Shown here one piece after another: positions 8,572 through 17,870 of a stretch of 64,000 nucleotides of DNA (positions are counted from its first letter, which is position 1; each line of letters opens with the position of its first letter). The notes under the pieces were generated by a model. The model had not been told where the DNA came from. It saw only the letters and a program-made list of their open reading frames with translations, and ran no database searches. A program made the position numbers and the translations under genes. This DNA comes from an uncultured Acidobacteriota bacterium (GTDB lineage Bacteria; Acidobacteriota; JAAYUB01). The DNA lies in NCBI GenBank assembly GCA_964436005.1, contig CAYTBK010000007.1:1340-65339 (forward strand), given 5' to 3'.

Positions 8572-10056
8572 TCACTTGGGATTCCGCTCGGCGACGATGG
8601 CCTCGTAGACTTTCTTGTATTTGCGGGCCGATTCGCGCCAGGAAAAGTCCCGGGACATGGCGTTTCGGATCAGGCGCTGCCACAGGCTGGGCATCTGGTA
8701 GGTGTCCAACGCCTCGTGGATGGCGATTCTCAGGCTTTCCGCCGTGTACGCCTGAAAAACGAACCCGGTCCCTTCGCCTGTTTCCGGATCGAAGTGGCCG
8801 ACCGTGTCGGCCAGGCCGCCCGTTTCCCGGACGATGGGCGCCGTCCCGTAGCGCATGCTGTACATCTGGTTCAATCCGCACGGCTCGAAGCGCGACGGCA
8901 TGAGGAACATGTCCGCCCCGGCTTCGATCAGGTGGGCGAGGCGGTTGTCGAACCCGATGTGCACGCTGATGAAGTCGGGGTACTTCAGGGCGGCTTCCCG
9001 GAAGAGCAGTTCGTATTTTGGCAAACCCGTTCCCAGCAGCACCAGGCGCAGATTCAGACCGGCCAACTCGGGCAGCAGGGAGACGACGAGGTCGATGCCC
9101 TTCTGGTCGACCAGGCGCCCGATCATCCCGATCAGCGGTCGGTCGTCGCCGTTTGCCGCAAACCCGAACCTGCGCAGCACGGCGGCCTTGTTCAGCGCCT
9201 TGCCGCTCAGGTCTTCCGCCGAGAACGTCGCGGCCGTCAGTTCGTCGAGCGCGGGGTCCCAGGCGTCCTCGTCGATCCCGTTGAGAATGCCTGTGAGCGC
9301 GTCCCGGCGCTGCCGCAGGATGCCCTCGAGGCCGCAGCCGTATTCCGGCAGTTCGCAGATTTCCCGGGCGTAGCGCTCGCTGACCGTGGTGATGGAGTCG
9401 GCGAAGAGGATGCCGATCTTCAGCGCGTTGATCTGGCCGAAGTACTCGAACGGGGAGAGCGGGAAGAAGTGGCTTTCGGGAACGCCGTAGGCGCCGATCA
9501 GGGACCGGTGGCAGATGCCCTGGTAGGCGATGTTGTGGATGGTCAGCATGCCGGACGTCGGGGCGAACTGCTCGCCGACGGCGCCCCAGGTGCGCATGAG
9601 GGCCAGCGCCGGCGCCGTGTGGGAATCGTGGGTGTGCAGCACGTCAGGCACGCCGCCGGTCTCGGCCAGGTACGCCAGGACGGCCTTGCAGAAAAAGAGA
9701 TAGCGGAGGGGGGCGTCGCCGTATTCCCCGCCCGTGTCGGGGTCGGTGTAGACACCCGGGCGCGAGAAAAAGCGGTTGGAGCGGACGAGGTATACCGCTA
9801 TCCCGGAATCCGGAGCGGCAGTCCGGAAGACCTGGTACGGTTCTTCCTGGCCGGGAAGAAGTTCCACTTTGCCCTTGTGCAAAAAGGACACGTCTTCTTT
9901 CGGGAGGGGCCTGTCGATGTCCCCGTAGAAGGGGAGGAACACCTCCACGTCGCACCCTTCGGCGCGCAGGGCGGGGGGAAGGGATCCCACCACGTCGGCC
10001 AACCCCCCCACCTTGGCCAGGGGGGCCATCTCGGCTGCCAGAAATACGATTCTCAC
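8572..10056 (-). CDS. glgA: Glycogen synthase (GT5)
   Basis: AEMAPLAKVGGLADV (KxGGL), TIHNIAYQG, GILNGID, RLVDQKG, PSRFEPCGLNQMYSMRYG. Confidence 0.96.
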   Translation of the reverse strand: MRIVFLAAEMAPLAKVGGLADVVGSLPPALRAEGCDVEVFLPFYGDIDRPLPKEDVSFLHKGKVELLPGQEEPYQVFRTAAPDSGIAVYLVRSNRFFSRPGVYTDPDTGGEYGDAPLRYLFFCKAVLAYLAETGGVPDVLHTHDSHTAPALALMRTWGAVGEQFAPTSGMLTIHNIAYQGICHRSLIGAYGVPESHFFPLSPFEYFGQINALKIGILFADSITTVSERYAREICELPEYGCGLEGILRQRRDALTGILNGIDEDAWDPALDELTAATFSAEDLSGKALNKAAVLRRFGFAANGDDRPLIGMIGRLVDQKGIDLVVSLLPELAGLNLRLVLLGTGLPKYELLFREAALKYPDFISVHIGFDNRLAHLIEAGADMFLMPSRFEPCGLNQMYSMRYGTAPIVRETGGLADTVGHFDPETGEGTGFVFQAYTAESLRIAIHEALDTYQMPSLWQRLIRNAMSRDFSWRESARKYKKVYEAIVAERNPK

Positions 10057-10081
10057 AATCGGTTTCCTCCTCGAATCATCG

Positions 10082-11140
10082 TCATGGCTTGGCGAAAACC
10101 CCGCCCTGGTGGATGAAGACGTCCCGGAGAAAGACGGCGGCGTCCTCCGGAGGGGTGGGGTTGATGAAAAAGCCGGTCCCCCACTCGAACCCCGCCACCC
10201 GGGTCAGGCGCGGGAAGATTTCGATGTGCCAGTGGAAGTCCCACTCGACCGTGTCCCAGTAGTAGGAGCGCTTGGGCAGCGAGTGCACGTTCGGCACGGT
10301 GTGGAGCATCATGTTGTAGGCCACGTCCTTGAGCCCGAGCTTCAGTCGCAGCAGGGAGTCCTTGAGGATCGTGGCCAGGTCCACGATGGCGCGCTGGTCC
10401 ATGAGCGCGAAGCTGTGCGAATGGAAGCGCGGCATGATGGTCATTTCGAAGGGGAACCGGGAGGCGTAGGGGAGAAAGGAGACGAAGTTGTCGTTGGTCG
10501 TGATGATCCGGTCCTGGCGGTCCAGTTCGAAATCAAGGATATCGCAGAAAAGGCAGCGGTTCTTGAGGTGGAAGTGATCCTTGGCGGACTCCAGTTCGGT
10601 GGCCACCACCTTGGGGGTCACCGGGGTGGCGATGATCTGGGAATGCGGGTGGGCCAGGGAAGCGCCGGCCGCGGCGCCGTGGTTCCGGAAGACGAGGATG
10701 TAGCGGAACCGGTGGTCCTGGCTGAGGTCCAGCCAGCGCAGGCGGTAGGTCTCCACGATGCGGGCGATGTGCTCGACGGGCATGTCGGCCATGTCCAGGT
10801 CATGCGCCGGCGTTTCGATGACCACCTCGTGCGCGCCCACCCCCCGCATGCGGTCGTACGGTCCCAGGGCGCGTTTGTCGAGCTGCCCTTCAATCATCAA
10901 GGCGGGATAGAGATTCGGCACGACCCGGATGTCCCAGCCCGGCGCGTTCCGGTAGGAGCCGGGGTGGCGCAGGGCCATGATCTCCATGGGGGTCCGGTCC
11001 TCGTGTTCGGGGCAGAAGGGACAGAAGCCCTCCTTCTTTTCCGTTTCCCGGGCGATCTGGAAATCGCGCGGGCGCTTCCCCCTTTCAGCCGAGATGACGA
11101 CCCACTGCTTCTGGATGGGATCCTGGCGGAGTTCGGACAT
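10082..11140 (-). CDS. galT: Galactose-1-phosphate uridylyltransferase family (HIT-like nucleotidyltransferase)
   Basis: MSELRQDP, RGKRP, CPFCP, GAHEVVIETP, FRNHGAAAGASLAHPHSQ (HxH active site), FHWHIEIFPRL. Confidence 0.9.
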   Translation of the reverse strand: MSELRQDPIQKQWVVISAERGKRPRDFQIARETEKKEGFCPFCPEHEDRTPMEIMALRHPGSYRNAPGWDIRVVPNLYPALMIEGQLDKRALGPYDRMRGVGAHEVVIETPAHDLDMADMPVEHIARIVETYRLRWLDLSQDHRFRYILVFRNHGAAAGASLAHPHSQIIATPVTPKVVATELESAKDHFHLKNRCLFCDILDFELDRQDRIITTNDNFVSFLPYASRFPFEMTIMPRFHSHSFALMDQRAIVDLATILKDSLLRLKLGLKDVAYNMMLHTVPNVHSLPKRSYYWDTVEWDFHWHIEIFPRLTRVAGFEWGTGFFINPTPPEDAAVFLRDVFIHQGGVFAKP

Positions 11141-11152
11141 GGCGGGCTGACC

Positions 11153-13204
11153 TCAGGATTCCCGCTGCAGGGAAGTGAGCCGGAGCTGCATGGTGCAACG
11201 GTTTTCCCCCCGGGAGAGCGGCAGGAAGAACCAGAGCCCCAGCCCCTGGAATGTTTTCTCCATGGTGTCGATGGAGAGGGAGACGCTCTCCACCGGGAAG
11301 TGCCGCACGGCCACGGGGCTGGAGAAAGTGAAATCGACGAGGAAGCCGTCCCGCCGGTCTTCCAGGGTGACGCCGTCGGTCCTGTCCCAGCCGCCGTCCC
11401 GGGCGAGCCCGCGGGCCTCGATCCGCCGGAAAACGGGGTAAATGCACTTGGCCGGGTCGTCTCCCCCGGACAGGCCGAGGGTCCACTCGATGCCCAGGAA
11501 GCCTTCCGTTTCGGTGAGGAGGTGGTACACGACTTCCAGCATGGGGGCGGCCGGCGTGGGGTAGTAGCGCTTTTTCAGCACGGCTCCGTCCACCTTCGCG
11601 ACCAGCGGGATGCCGGTGGGGGAGGCCTCCGCGAGTTCGAAAGCCTGGCGCCGGAAGTCGAGCGCGGGCCGGGCGGTTTCGATCCGCAGCGCCGGGGCTT
11701 CCGGCAGCGCGTCGAAGACCGCCTCCCGACAGGACCAGCGCGGGCCGTCGTCGAAAACGAGGTGGGAGAAGTCCAGGCCCGGCGAGGAGTCGTCACCGTC
11801 CGTGCGGACAACCCGGGACGAGGCCGCCGTGAGGTGGTACTTTTCCTTCCAGCGGGCCAGGGTGGACAGAAGGTTGAAGGCGGCCGGCTTGAAGGAGAGC
11901 TCCAGGAGGGCGCCCCCCTGGGCGGGGGAGACCACGGCGGTGTAGTCGGTGTGGCGGATGATCGCCTCGTCGTGCCGGTCGAGATCGAAGTCCTCCCACT
12001 GGATGGCCGTTTCCGGCTCGTCGCCGCTGAGGGCTTCCAGCTCCGTCTCCGCCCGCAGGATGTTTTTCCAGGCCTCGTGACGGAGGTGCGGCAGGTAGAG
12101 CCCCCCGAACACGCCGTGCCAGAACACGTCGTTGGACTGGGCCCGGAGGAGGTGGTCGTATGCCTCGGTCCGGCGGGTGGTTTCGCTGAACGCGCGCGAA
12201 ACCATGAGCATGCGTTTGTGCATGTAGTTGCTTTCCGGGTATTTGACGAGGAAATTCCGCCAGATGCCCCCCTGCAGGAACGGTTTGATCTGGGGGAACG
12301 TTCCTTCCCTCTCGAAGCGGGCTTTCCACTCCTCGAACCGCCTGGCGCTCTCCGGCGGCAGCGACCACTGGCCCATCTCGATGTAGGAGGCCACCGGCAG
12401 GGCCGCCCGCCCCAACGGCTGGCGGGTGTCCCAGTACTCTTTCAGCGTCGTCGTCCGGACCGTGTCCTGGCTGTCTTCCAGCATGGAGAAGAAATCTTCC
12501 AGCCACCGCCGGTTGTAGACCCAGTCGTACGTTTTCGGCCAGGCGCCGAATTTCTCCGCGTCGTCCAGGGTGACCGCCAGTTCGCGGCCTTCGGCCTGCA
12601 TGCGCTGGAAGGCTTCCCGGACCTTGGGGACCTCCGCCCAGGGGGTCAGGTACCGCATCTGCTCGCTGATGGGGAAAACGCTCACCGCGGCGTCGAGCTC
12701 CTCGACCATGAAGTAGCCGTCGATGTCTTCCGGCAGCAGGCCCGAGGAGAAGAAGTGGTAGTCGTCCAGGCAGACGTAGCTCACGTTGGCCGCGGCCAGG
12801 TCGCCCACCAGGCCGGGTTCCCAGACCCGCTCGGCCAGCCAGGCCCCGGTAGGGCGAACCCCGAAGAGGTTCTGCACTTCCGCGGAGAGGCGGAGGATCT
12901 GCTCCTGCCGGTCCGCCGGGGGGATGACGGGGAATATCGGCTCGTACAACCCCCCGGTGAGGATCTCCAGGCGCCCGGCCTCGACGAGGCCCTTGAGCAT
13001 GGAGATGTATTCCGCGTGTTTCTCCTGCAGCCATCGCAGGAGGAAGCCGGTGCAGTGCCAGACCATCTTCAGGGAGCGGTGCCGCTCGAAGCAGGTCATG
13101 AACGGCCCGTAGGCGTTGCGGAAGGATTCCTCCAAAACGTGTTCGAAGTTGCCCACGGGCTGGTGCAGGTGTATGCCGAGGATGAGATTGACAGGCGGGT
13201 TCAT
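11153..13204 (-). CDS. GH57 4-alpha-glucanotransferase / alpha-amylase (with DUF1925/DUF1926-like C-terminus)
   Basis: Start MNPPVNL at 13204. HLHQP, GAWLAERVWE (nucleophile Glu), DDAEKFGAW (acid/base Asp), AQSNDVFWHGVFGGLYLPHLR. Confidence 0.88.
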   Translation of the reverse strand: MNPPVNLILGIHLHQPVGNFEHVLEESFRNAYGPFMTCFERHRSLKMVWHCTGFLLRWLQEKHAEYISMLKGLVEAGRLEILTGGLYEPIFPVIPPADRQEQILRLSAEVQNLFGVRPTGAWLAERVWEPGLVGDLAAANVSYVCLDDYHFFSSGLLPEDIDGYFMVEELDAAVSVFPISEQMRYLTPWAEVPKVREAFQRMQAEGRELAVTLDDAEKFGAWPKTYDWVYNRRWLEDFFSMLEDSQDTVRTTTLKEYWDTRQPLGRAALPVASYIEMGQWSLPPESARRFEEWKARFEREGTFPQIKPFLQGGIWRNFLVKYPESNYMHKRMLMVSRAFSETTRRTEAYDHLLRAQSNDVFWHGVFGGLYLPHLRHEAWKNILRAETELEALSGDEPETAIQWEDFDLDRHDEAIIRHTDYTAVVSPAQGGALLELSFKPAAFNLLSTLARWKEKYHLTAASSRVVRTDGDDSSPGLDFSHLVFDDGPRWSCREAVFDALPEAPALRIETARPALDFRRQAFELAEASPTGIPLVAKVDGAVLKKRYYPTPAAPMLEVVYHLLTETEGFLGIEWTLGLSGGDDPAKCIYPVFRRIEARGLARDGGWDRTDGVTLEDRRDGFLVDFTFSSPVAVRHFPVESVSLSIDTMEKTFQGLGLWFFLPLSRGENRCTMQLRLTSLQRES

Positions 13205-13242
13205 TCTTTGGTCCTCCCTCGCGGTGGATGGCGGCGGTGGTC

Positions 13243-15477
13243 TCAGACGACCCAGTAGTATTTTTCCAGGTCGTCGATGGCGATCTTCTGGGACAGGTAC
13301 CCGTCGTGGGGCATCTGTTCGGCCAGGTTGTTCCCGATGTAGATGCGAAGCCCGAACTCGAGGCCCTGGTTCTCTTTGGCGCCGATGTCGGCGAAGGGGA
13401 CGCCCAGTTCGACGATGCGGTTCACGCCGACCAGGCTCACCGGGCGCACTTCGACCTCCCGATTCTCGCCGTCCAGCCGGACGCGCTCGTACTTGATCTT
13501 CCCGGCCGCGACGTCGTTGACCATCCGGAAGAAGACGTTGCCCGGTTTCCGGAAGACGACGTCCACCCGGAAGGGGTACTTGCGGTCGTGGAGGATGGCG
13601 TTGTCCACGTCGAGGCGGATGTAGAGGTTGTCGTGGTCGAAGCCGAACCAGAAACCGCTGAAGATGCGGTGGACCTGCTGCATGGTGACGAAACTGTACT
13701 GGTTGGAGAAATAGCCCGCCGCCAGCCACTCGAAGTAGTCGGTGATGTTACCGTCGAGCGTGGGCGTGATGAGCTCGAAAGGTCGCTGGAAGCGGAACCG
13801 CCCCGTTTTCTGAATGATGGGGCGGAAGAACTCCTGGGGCGGCTCGAAGCCCATGCGCCGCCAGGCCATCTGCAGGTGGCTGCGGAAAAGCTGGTCGAAC
13901 TCCCGGTCGTACTCGGAGAAATGGTCTTCGCCGTACCACCAGAACCAGTCGCTTCCTTCGGCCGCCATGATGGCCTGGTGGGCCTCCTGGAGCCTGTCCA
14001 CTTCGTCGGCGCCGCCTTCCAGCCGGCGTTCCTCGTATTTCTTCCGGGTGCTGGCCAGCAGGTCCCAGGCTTTGTTCTTCTCCGGATGGCCGATCCAGGT
14101 GGAGAAGGTCCCCGATATCCACGATCCCGCCCGGATCCTCGGCAGGTCCTGCGGAGGCGGCGCCATGGCGGCATACTCCGAAAACGTGCAGGCCCGGAGG
14201 TGGGGCGACTCCTGCAGCTTCCCGTACAGGGAGCGCAGGAAGCGCACGCCGTTTTCGGGGTAGTATTCCCAGGCGTTCTCCCCGTCCAGGATGATGGGAA
14301 CGGCGAAGGGGCGCCCGTCGTTGGGCAAAAGTTTCCGAATCAGCAGGAGTCGGCTGGTCAGGTCCTCCGCCGCGGCTTCCCCGTCATAGGTGGAGTAGGT
14401 GAAACCGATCATGTCGGAGAGCAGGTGGTCCCGGAAGAACACCCGCAGCGGGCCGGCGCTCGTGTTGTGCGCGTAGTCGCCGTAGCGTGCCTCGGCCGGC
14501 GGGGCGCTCCCCTCGTCCAGCAAACCCGAGCGGAGGAGAGACGCCTGCAGGATCTCCTCGTCGGTGGCGATCCATTCGATGCCCGCTTCCCGGATGAAGG
14601 GCAGGATCTCTTCCGAGACGGACCCCTCGGACGGCCACATGCCCTTGGGCGGCCGGCCGAAGCTGCGCTCGAACAGCCGCACGGCCTCCTCCACGTGCCA
14701 CCGCACGTCTTCGGCGTAATGAAAGTCGTGCAGGGGCAGTTCCATGTTGGGGATGGCTTCCCGGGCGGAGTTGATGTTGCAGACCAGGGGCAGGATCGGG
14801 TGGAAATAGGGGGAGGTGGACAGCTCGATGCGCCCCCCCTCGTAGGCGGACTTGTACGCCGGCAGGATTTCCCCCATGAAGGCCCGGTGCATGGTGAAGA
14901 CCCCCTCCTTGTTTTCCTCGGAGAAGTTGCGGCCGGCCCGGATGAGGGGCTCCACTTCCGGGCGGGCCTTGAGCACCTCGCCCGACCAGGCCAGGTTGTA
15001 CCATACCTGGAGATCGCGGAAGTCCTGCTCGGTGAAGTGCTCCGCCTTCTGGCGCAGCTGTTCGGGCTCCACGACGTACCCGCGCTTTTCGAAAAGTTCC
15101 TTGTAGCGGGGGTAGGGCTGGATCATGTTGTCGAAGTTCAGGGAAAAGAAATTCTTCAGCAGGAAGACCTTGTCGTCCGGTGAGAGCTGGGCGGCGGCCT
15201 TGCGGGATATCTGGAGGAAGTGGTCCTCGGCCCCGTTCTCCGTGTAGTCCCGGAGCTGGTCCAGGAGAGAGGGCACGAGGTTGAAGGTGACGTGCACGTC
15301 CGGAAAATCCTCCAGGATTTTCAGCATGTCGAAATAGTCCTTCACCGCGTGCAGCCGCACCCAGGGCAGCAGGTAATCGGGCGAGTCGGGCTCGCGGTAG
15401 ACGGGCTGATGCATGTGCCACAGGATGAGGACATACAGCGGATCGTTCTGCTTGGAGGGGATCGGGGTCATACGCAT
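13243..15477 (-). CDS. GH57 glycoside hydrolase, amylopullulanase-like
   Basis: Start MRMTPIP at 15477 after GGAGG. WHMHQP, WVRLHAVKDY, GMWPSEGSVS, ILDGENAWEYY, AEGSDWFWW. Confidence 0.88.
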   Translation of the reverse strand: MRMTPIPSKQNDPLYVLILWHMHQPVYREPDSPDYLLPWVRLHAVKDYFDMLKILEDFPDVHVTFNLVPSLLDQLRDYTENGAEDHFLQISRKAAAQLSPDDKVFLLKNFFSLNFDNMIQPYPRYKELFEKRGYVVEPEQLRQKAEHFTEQDFRDLQVWYNLAWSGEVLKARPEVEPLIRAGRNFSEENKEGVFTMHRAFMGEILPAYKSAYEGGRIELSTSPYFHPILPLVCNINSAREAIPNMELPLHDFHYAEDVRWHVEEAVRLFERSFGRPPKGMWPSEGSVSEEILPFIREAGIEWIATDEEILQASLLRSGLLDEGSAPPAEARYGDYAHNTSAGPLRVFFRDHLLSDMIGFTYSTYDGEAAAEDLTSRLLLIRKLLPNDGRPFAVPIILDGENAWEYYPENGVRFLRSLYGKLQESPHLRACTFSEYAAMAPPPQDLPRIRAGSWISGTFSTWIGHPEKNKAWDLLASTRKKYEERRLEGGADEVDRLQEAHQAIMAAEGSDWFWWYGEDHFSEYDREFDQLFRSHLQMAWRRMGFEPPQEFFRPIIQKTGRFRFQRPFELITPTLDGNITDYFEWLAAGYFSNQYSFVTMQQVHRIFSGFWFGFDHDNLYIRLDVDNAILHDRKYPFRVDVVFRKPGNVFFRMVNDVAAGKIKYERVRLDGENREVEVRPVSLVGVNRIVELGVPFADIGAKENQGLEFGLRIYIGNNLAEQMPHDGYLSQKIAIDDLEKYYWVV

Positions 15478-15649
15478 TCTTCCTCCTGGCTGTTTCCGCG
15501 GGCGTCTCCGCGGGCTGTCGGCCGAACCGCCCGCCCGGTCCCGGGTGATGCCCTTCGCGACGGGCGACTCTTCGCGTGCGTCCCGCCGAACCGAGCGGAT
15601 GCCCGGCAGGATGATCGCGCCAAGTGGGGCCATGCCCAAGTTTGAACCT

Positions 15650-15732
15650 ACTATACCATGAGGATGGGACCGGGCGGCTCAAAAACTTGGACCGACAGGG
15701 ACCTTTGTTTTCTGTTGAACATTTGGTATAGT
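15650..15732. promoter_or_regulatory. Back-to-back extended -10 promoters (TGGTATAGT on each strand)
   Basis: ACTATACCA at 15650-15658 and TGGTATAGT at 15724-15732, between the divergent GH57 and hypothetical genes. Confidence 0.5.
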
Positions 15733-15825
15733 CAGGCCGCACTGCTTGTTTTCCGGCACCGGTCGGGGAAACGGCCGCACGAGTTCCGCCGGCGGGAGAA
15801 AGAGGCAGGCGCATGTGGCACATTT

Positions 15826-16302
15826 ATGAAAAAAATCATCACCGTTGAAAAAACAGGGTCTCGCGAGATGGTGATCCGGATCGGCGGCGAGGACCGCTTT
15901 GCCGTCGCCCACCGGGTCGTTCACGAGAATGGGGTGCCCGTGTGGCAATACGCCCACCGGGGCGCCGATCTCCTTTCCGGCGACTGGGACCTGCTGGACT
16001 GCACCTCGCTCCGCCGGGTGGCCGGTTTCCACTACCTCCCTTCCGCCTACCGGCACGGAGAGGATTTGCTTCTCCGGGTGCAGGGCGACGAAAGCGAATA
16101 CTTGTTCCGAAGGCAGGCCGCCGACGAGGACCGCTGGTTGCTGGCGCCCCGCGACGGTGAAACCCTCCTGGAGAGCCTGCCGTCGGAACCCGGGGCACCT
16201 CACCGCTGGCAGTTGGCGCTGCGCCGGGACGCGGCCGGTGTTGTCCTCTGGCCCCTGGTCTGCCTGCTGGCCTTCGACCGGATGGCTTGCGGGCGTCTCT
16301 GA
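15826..16302 (+). CDS. Hypothetical protein (158 aa)
   Basis: Likely start MKKIITVEK at 15826, downstream of the extended -10. No family recognised. Confidence 0.55.
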   Translation: MKKIITVEKTGSREMVIRIGGEDRFAVAHRVVHENGVPVWQYAHRGADLLSGDWDLLDCTSLRRVAGFHYLPSAYRHGEDLLLRVQGDESEYLFRRQAADEDRWLLAPRDGETLLESLPSEPGAPHRWQLALRRDAAGVVLWPLVCLLAFDRMACGRL

Positions 16303-16400
16303 AGACGGGGCGAAACGCTTCCCGGACAATCTTGCCGTCCCTCCTGCCCGGCGCTCTCCGCGGCGCGGCGGAAAACGCCCGAGGCCTCCGGGGAACTCGT

Positions 16401-16856
16401 TCAGGGCTTGTAGAAAAGCGTTATGTCGAAAGGGTTTCCGGAAGCGAAGTAGCCGCGGTTCCTCAGTTCGGCGCCCCGGGGAGGGCAGATCTGGAAGCCG
16501 CGGCCGCCGACGACGCTGGGAAGGGAGAGGGTGGCCTCCTTCATGGGCGCGAAGGCGTTTTTCAGCCCGCCGCCCATGAGATTGGCGATTTCACCCAAAG
16601 CGTCGACCACGGTGCACTCCTCCGGCGGGTCGGAAGTGCCCAGCATGGCCTGGGTGAAGGCGACGGCGGAAAATTCCGGGCAGTGGATGTGCAGTCCGAC
16701 GGAGACTTCCGACGAAAGCCCGATCATCGCCGTGTAGACTTTTTCCCCGTCGGCCGGGACATACCAGTCCTTGCTGGGAGAAACATCCATCCCCAGCATC
16801 ATGGTGAATGATTCGGCGATGACGGGATCCAGGCTGAGGTACAGCTGGTCGATCAT
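16401..16856 (-). CDS. cheX: CheX-like chemotaxis phosphatase (copy 2)
   Basis: TAMIGL, AMLG, DALGEIANLMGG (ExxN motif), LSLPSVV. ATG overlaps the upstream stop (ATGA). Confidence 0.85.
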   Translation of the reverse strand: MIDQLYLSLDPVIAESFTMMLGMDVSPSKDWYVPADGEKVYTAMIGLSSEVSVGLHIHCPEFSAVAFTQAMLGTSDPPEECTVVDALGEIANLMGGGLKNAFAPMKEATLSLPSVVGGRGFQICPPRGAELRNRGYFASGNPFDITLFYKP

Positions 16857-17308
16857 TTTTTCAGGATCAACTGGGCCAGAATTTTCTGGCCGTCCGAATC
16901 GAACCACAAGTCGCGCTTCTCGTGCCCCTGGGGCGTGTGGGTCTTGTAGTCCTTTCCGTAGATCACGCTGGGCAGGGAGAGCCGGTAATTCTCGAAGGCC
17001 TTGACCTTGTTCTTGAAGCTGCCGCCGATCATGTTGGCCACTTCGCCCATGGCGTCCACGACGCTGGCCTTGTCGTCGCCCACGTCCATGCCCAGCATGG
17101 CATTGGTGGAGCGGAAGGCGAAGGACTCGTCGCAGTGGAAGTAGATGAGCCCCGATTCTTCCCCGCCCAACCCGATCATGGCGGTAAACTGCTTTTCGGG
17201 AGGCCAGATGGGGTCTCCCGCGTCCGCCAGGAACTGGACGTCGATGAAGATCATGGTCTGGAAGACTTCCTGGACAGCTTGAATCAGTTCGTTCGTATAA
17301 TCCAACAT
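16853..17308 (-). CDS. cheX: CheX-like chemotaxis phosphatase (copy 1)
   Basis: EVFQTM, TAMIGLGG, AMLG, DAMGEVANMIGGSFK (ExxN), LSLPSVIYG. Confidence 0.9.
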   Translation of the reverse strand: MLDYTNELIQAVQEVFQTMIFIDVQFLADAGDPIWPPEKQFTAMIGLGGEESGLIYFHCDESFAFRSTNAMLGMDVGDDKASVVDAMGEVANMIGGSFKNKVKAFENYRLSLPSVIYGKDYKTHTPQGHEKRDLWFDSDGQKILAQLILKK

Positions 17309-17318
17309 GTCGGTTCTC

Positions 17319-17696
17319 CTAGATGGCCAGGACGGACTTCACTCGTTCCTGGAGCTGGTCTGCGCTGAACGGCTTCTTGATGTAGCCCTTGGCACCGAAC
17401 TGGATGGCCTCCATCACTTTCGATTCGCTGCCCTCGGTTGTGATCATGATGACGGGTATCCGGGCGCTCAGCCCCTTCTCGTTCATCGCCTTGATGAACT
17501 GGAGGCCGTCCATGTTCGGCATGTTGATGTCGCTCAGGACAAGGTCGATGGGGTTGGCCTCCAGCGCCGTCAGCGCTTCCTGCCCATCGCCCACTTCGAC
17601 CACGCTGTCCATCGGGAGCCCGATCTGCTGCAGCGCGCGCAGCACGATCTTGCGCATGACCGCCGAATCATCCACGATCAACACCTTGAACCCCAT
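17319..17696 (-). CDS. cheY: Single-domain response regulator, CheY-like
   Basis: VLIVDDS, LSDINMPNMDG, IMITTEG, YIKKPF. Start MGFKV at 17696 after GGAGG. Confidence 0.9.
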   Translation of the reverse strand: MGFKVLIVDDSAVMRKIVLRALQQIGLPMDSVVEVGDGQEALTALEANPIDLVLSDINMPNMDGLQFIKAMNEKGLSARIPVIMITTEGSESKVMEAIQFGAKGYIKKPFSADQLQERVKSVLAI

Positions 17697-17750
17697 TCTT
17701 CCACCTCCTGGAGCTTTGTCGCCGCCGTTGTCTGACATCGGAACAACCGC

Positions 17751-17816
17751 ATTCTAGCAGAAAGTTTTCCCTCCGTTCAAGCCGATATTTGGCGGGCCAA
17801 CATTTTGGGGTATATT
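17751..17816. promoter_or_regulatory. Divergent sigma70-type promoters for cheY (TTGAAC-18-TAGAAT with TGn, minus) and plsC (TTGGCG-16-TATATT, plus)
   Basis: Hexamers read directly at 17751-17780 (minus) and 17789-17816 (plus). Confidence 0.5.
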
Positions 17817-17870
17817 GTTTTCTCCTTCCGGAACGCCGGGGGGCCACAAAATAGAAATCATGGAGACGAT

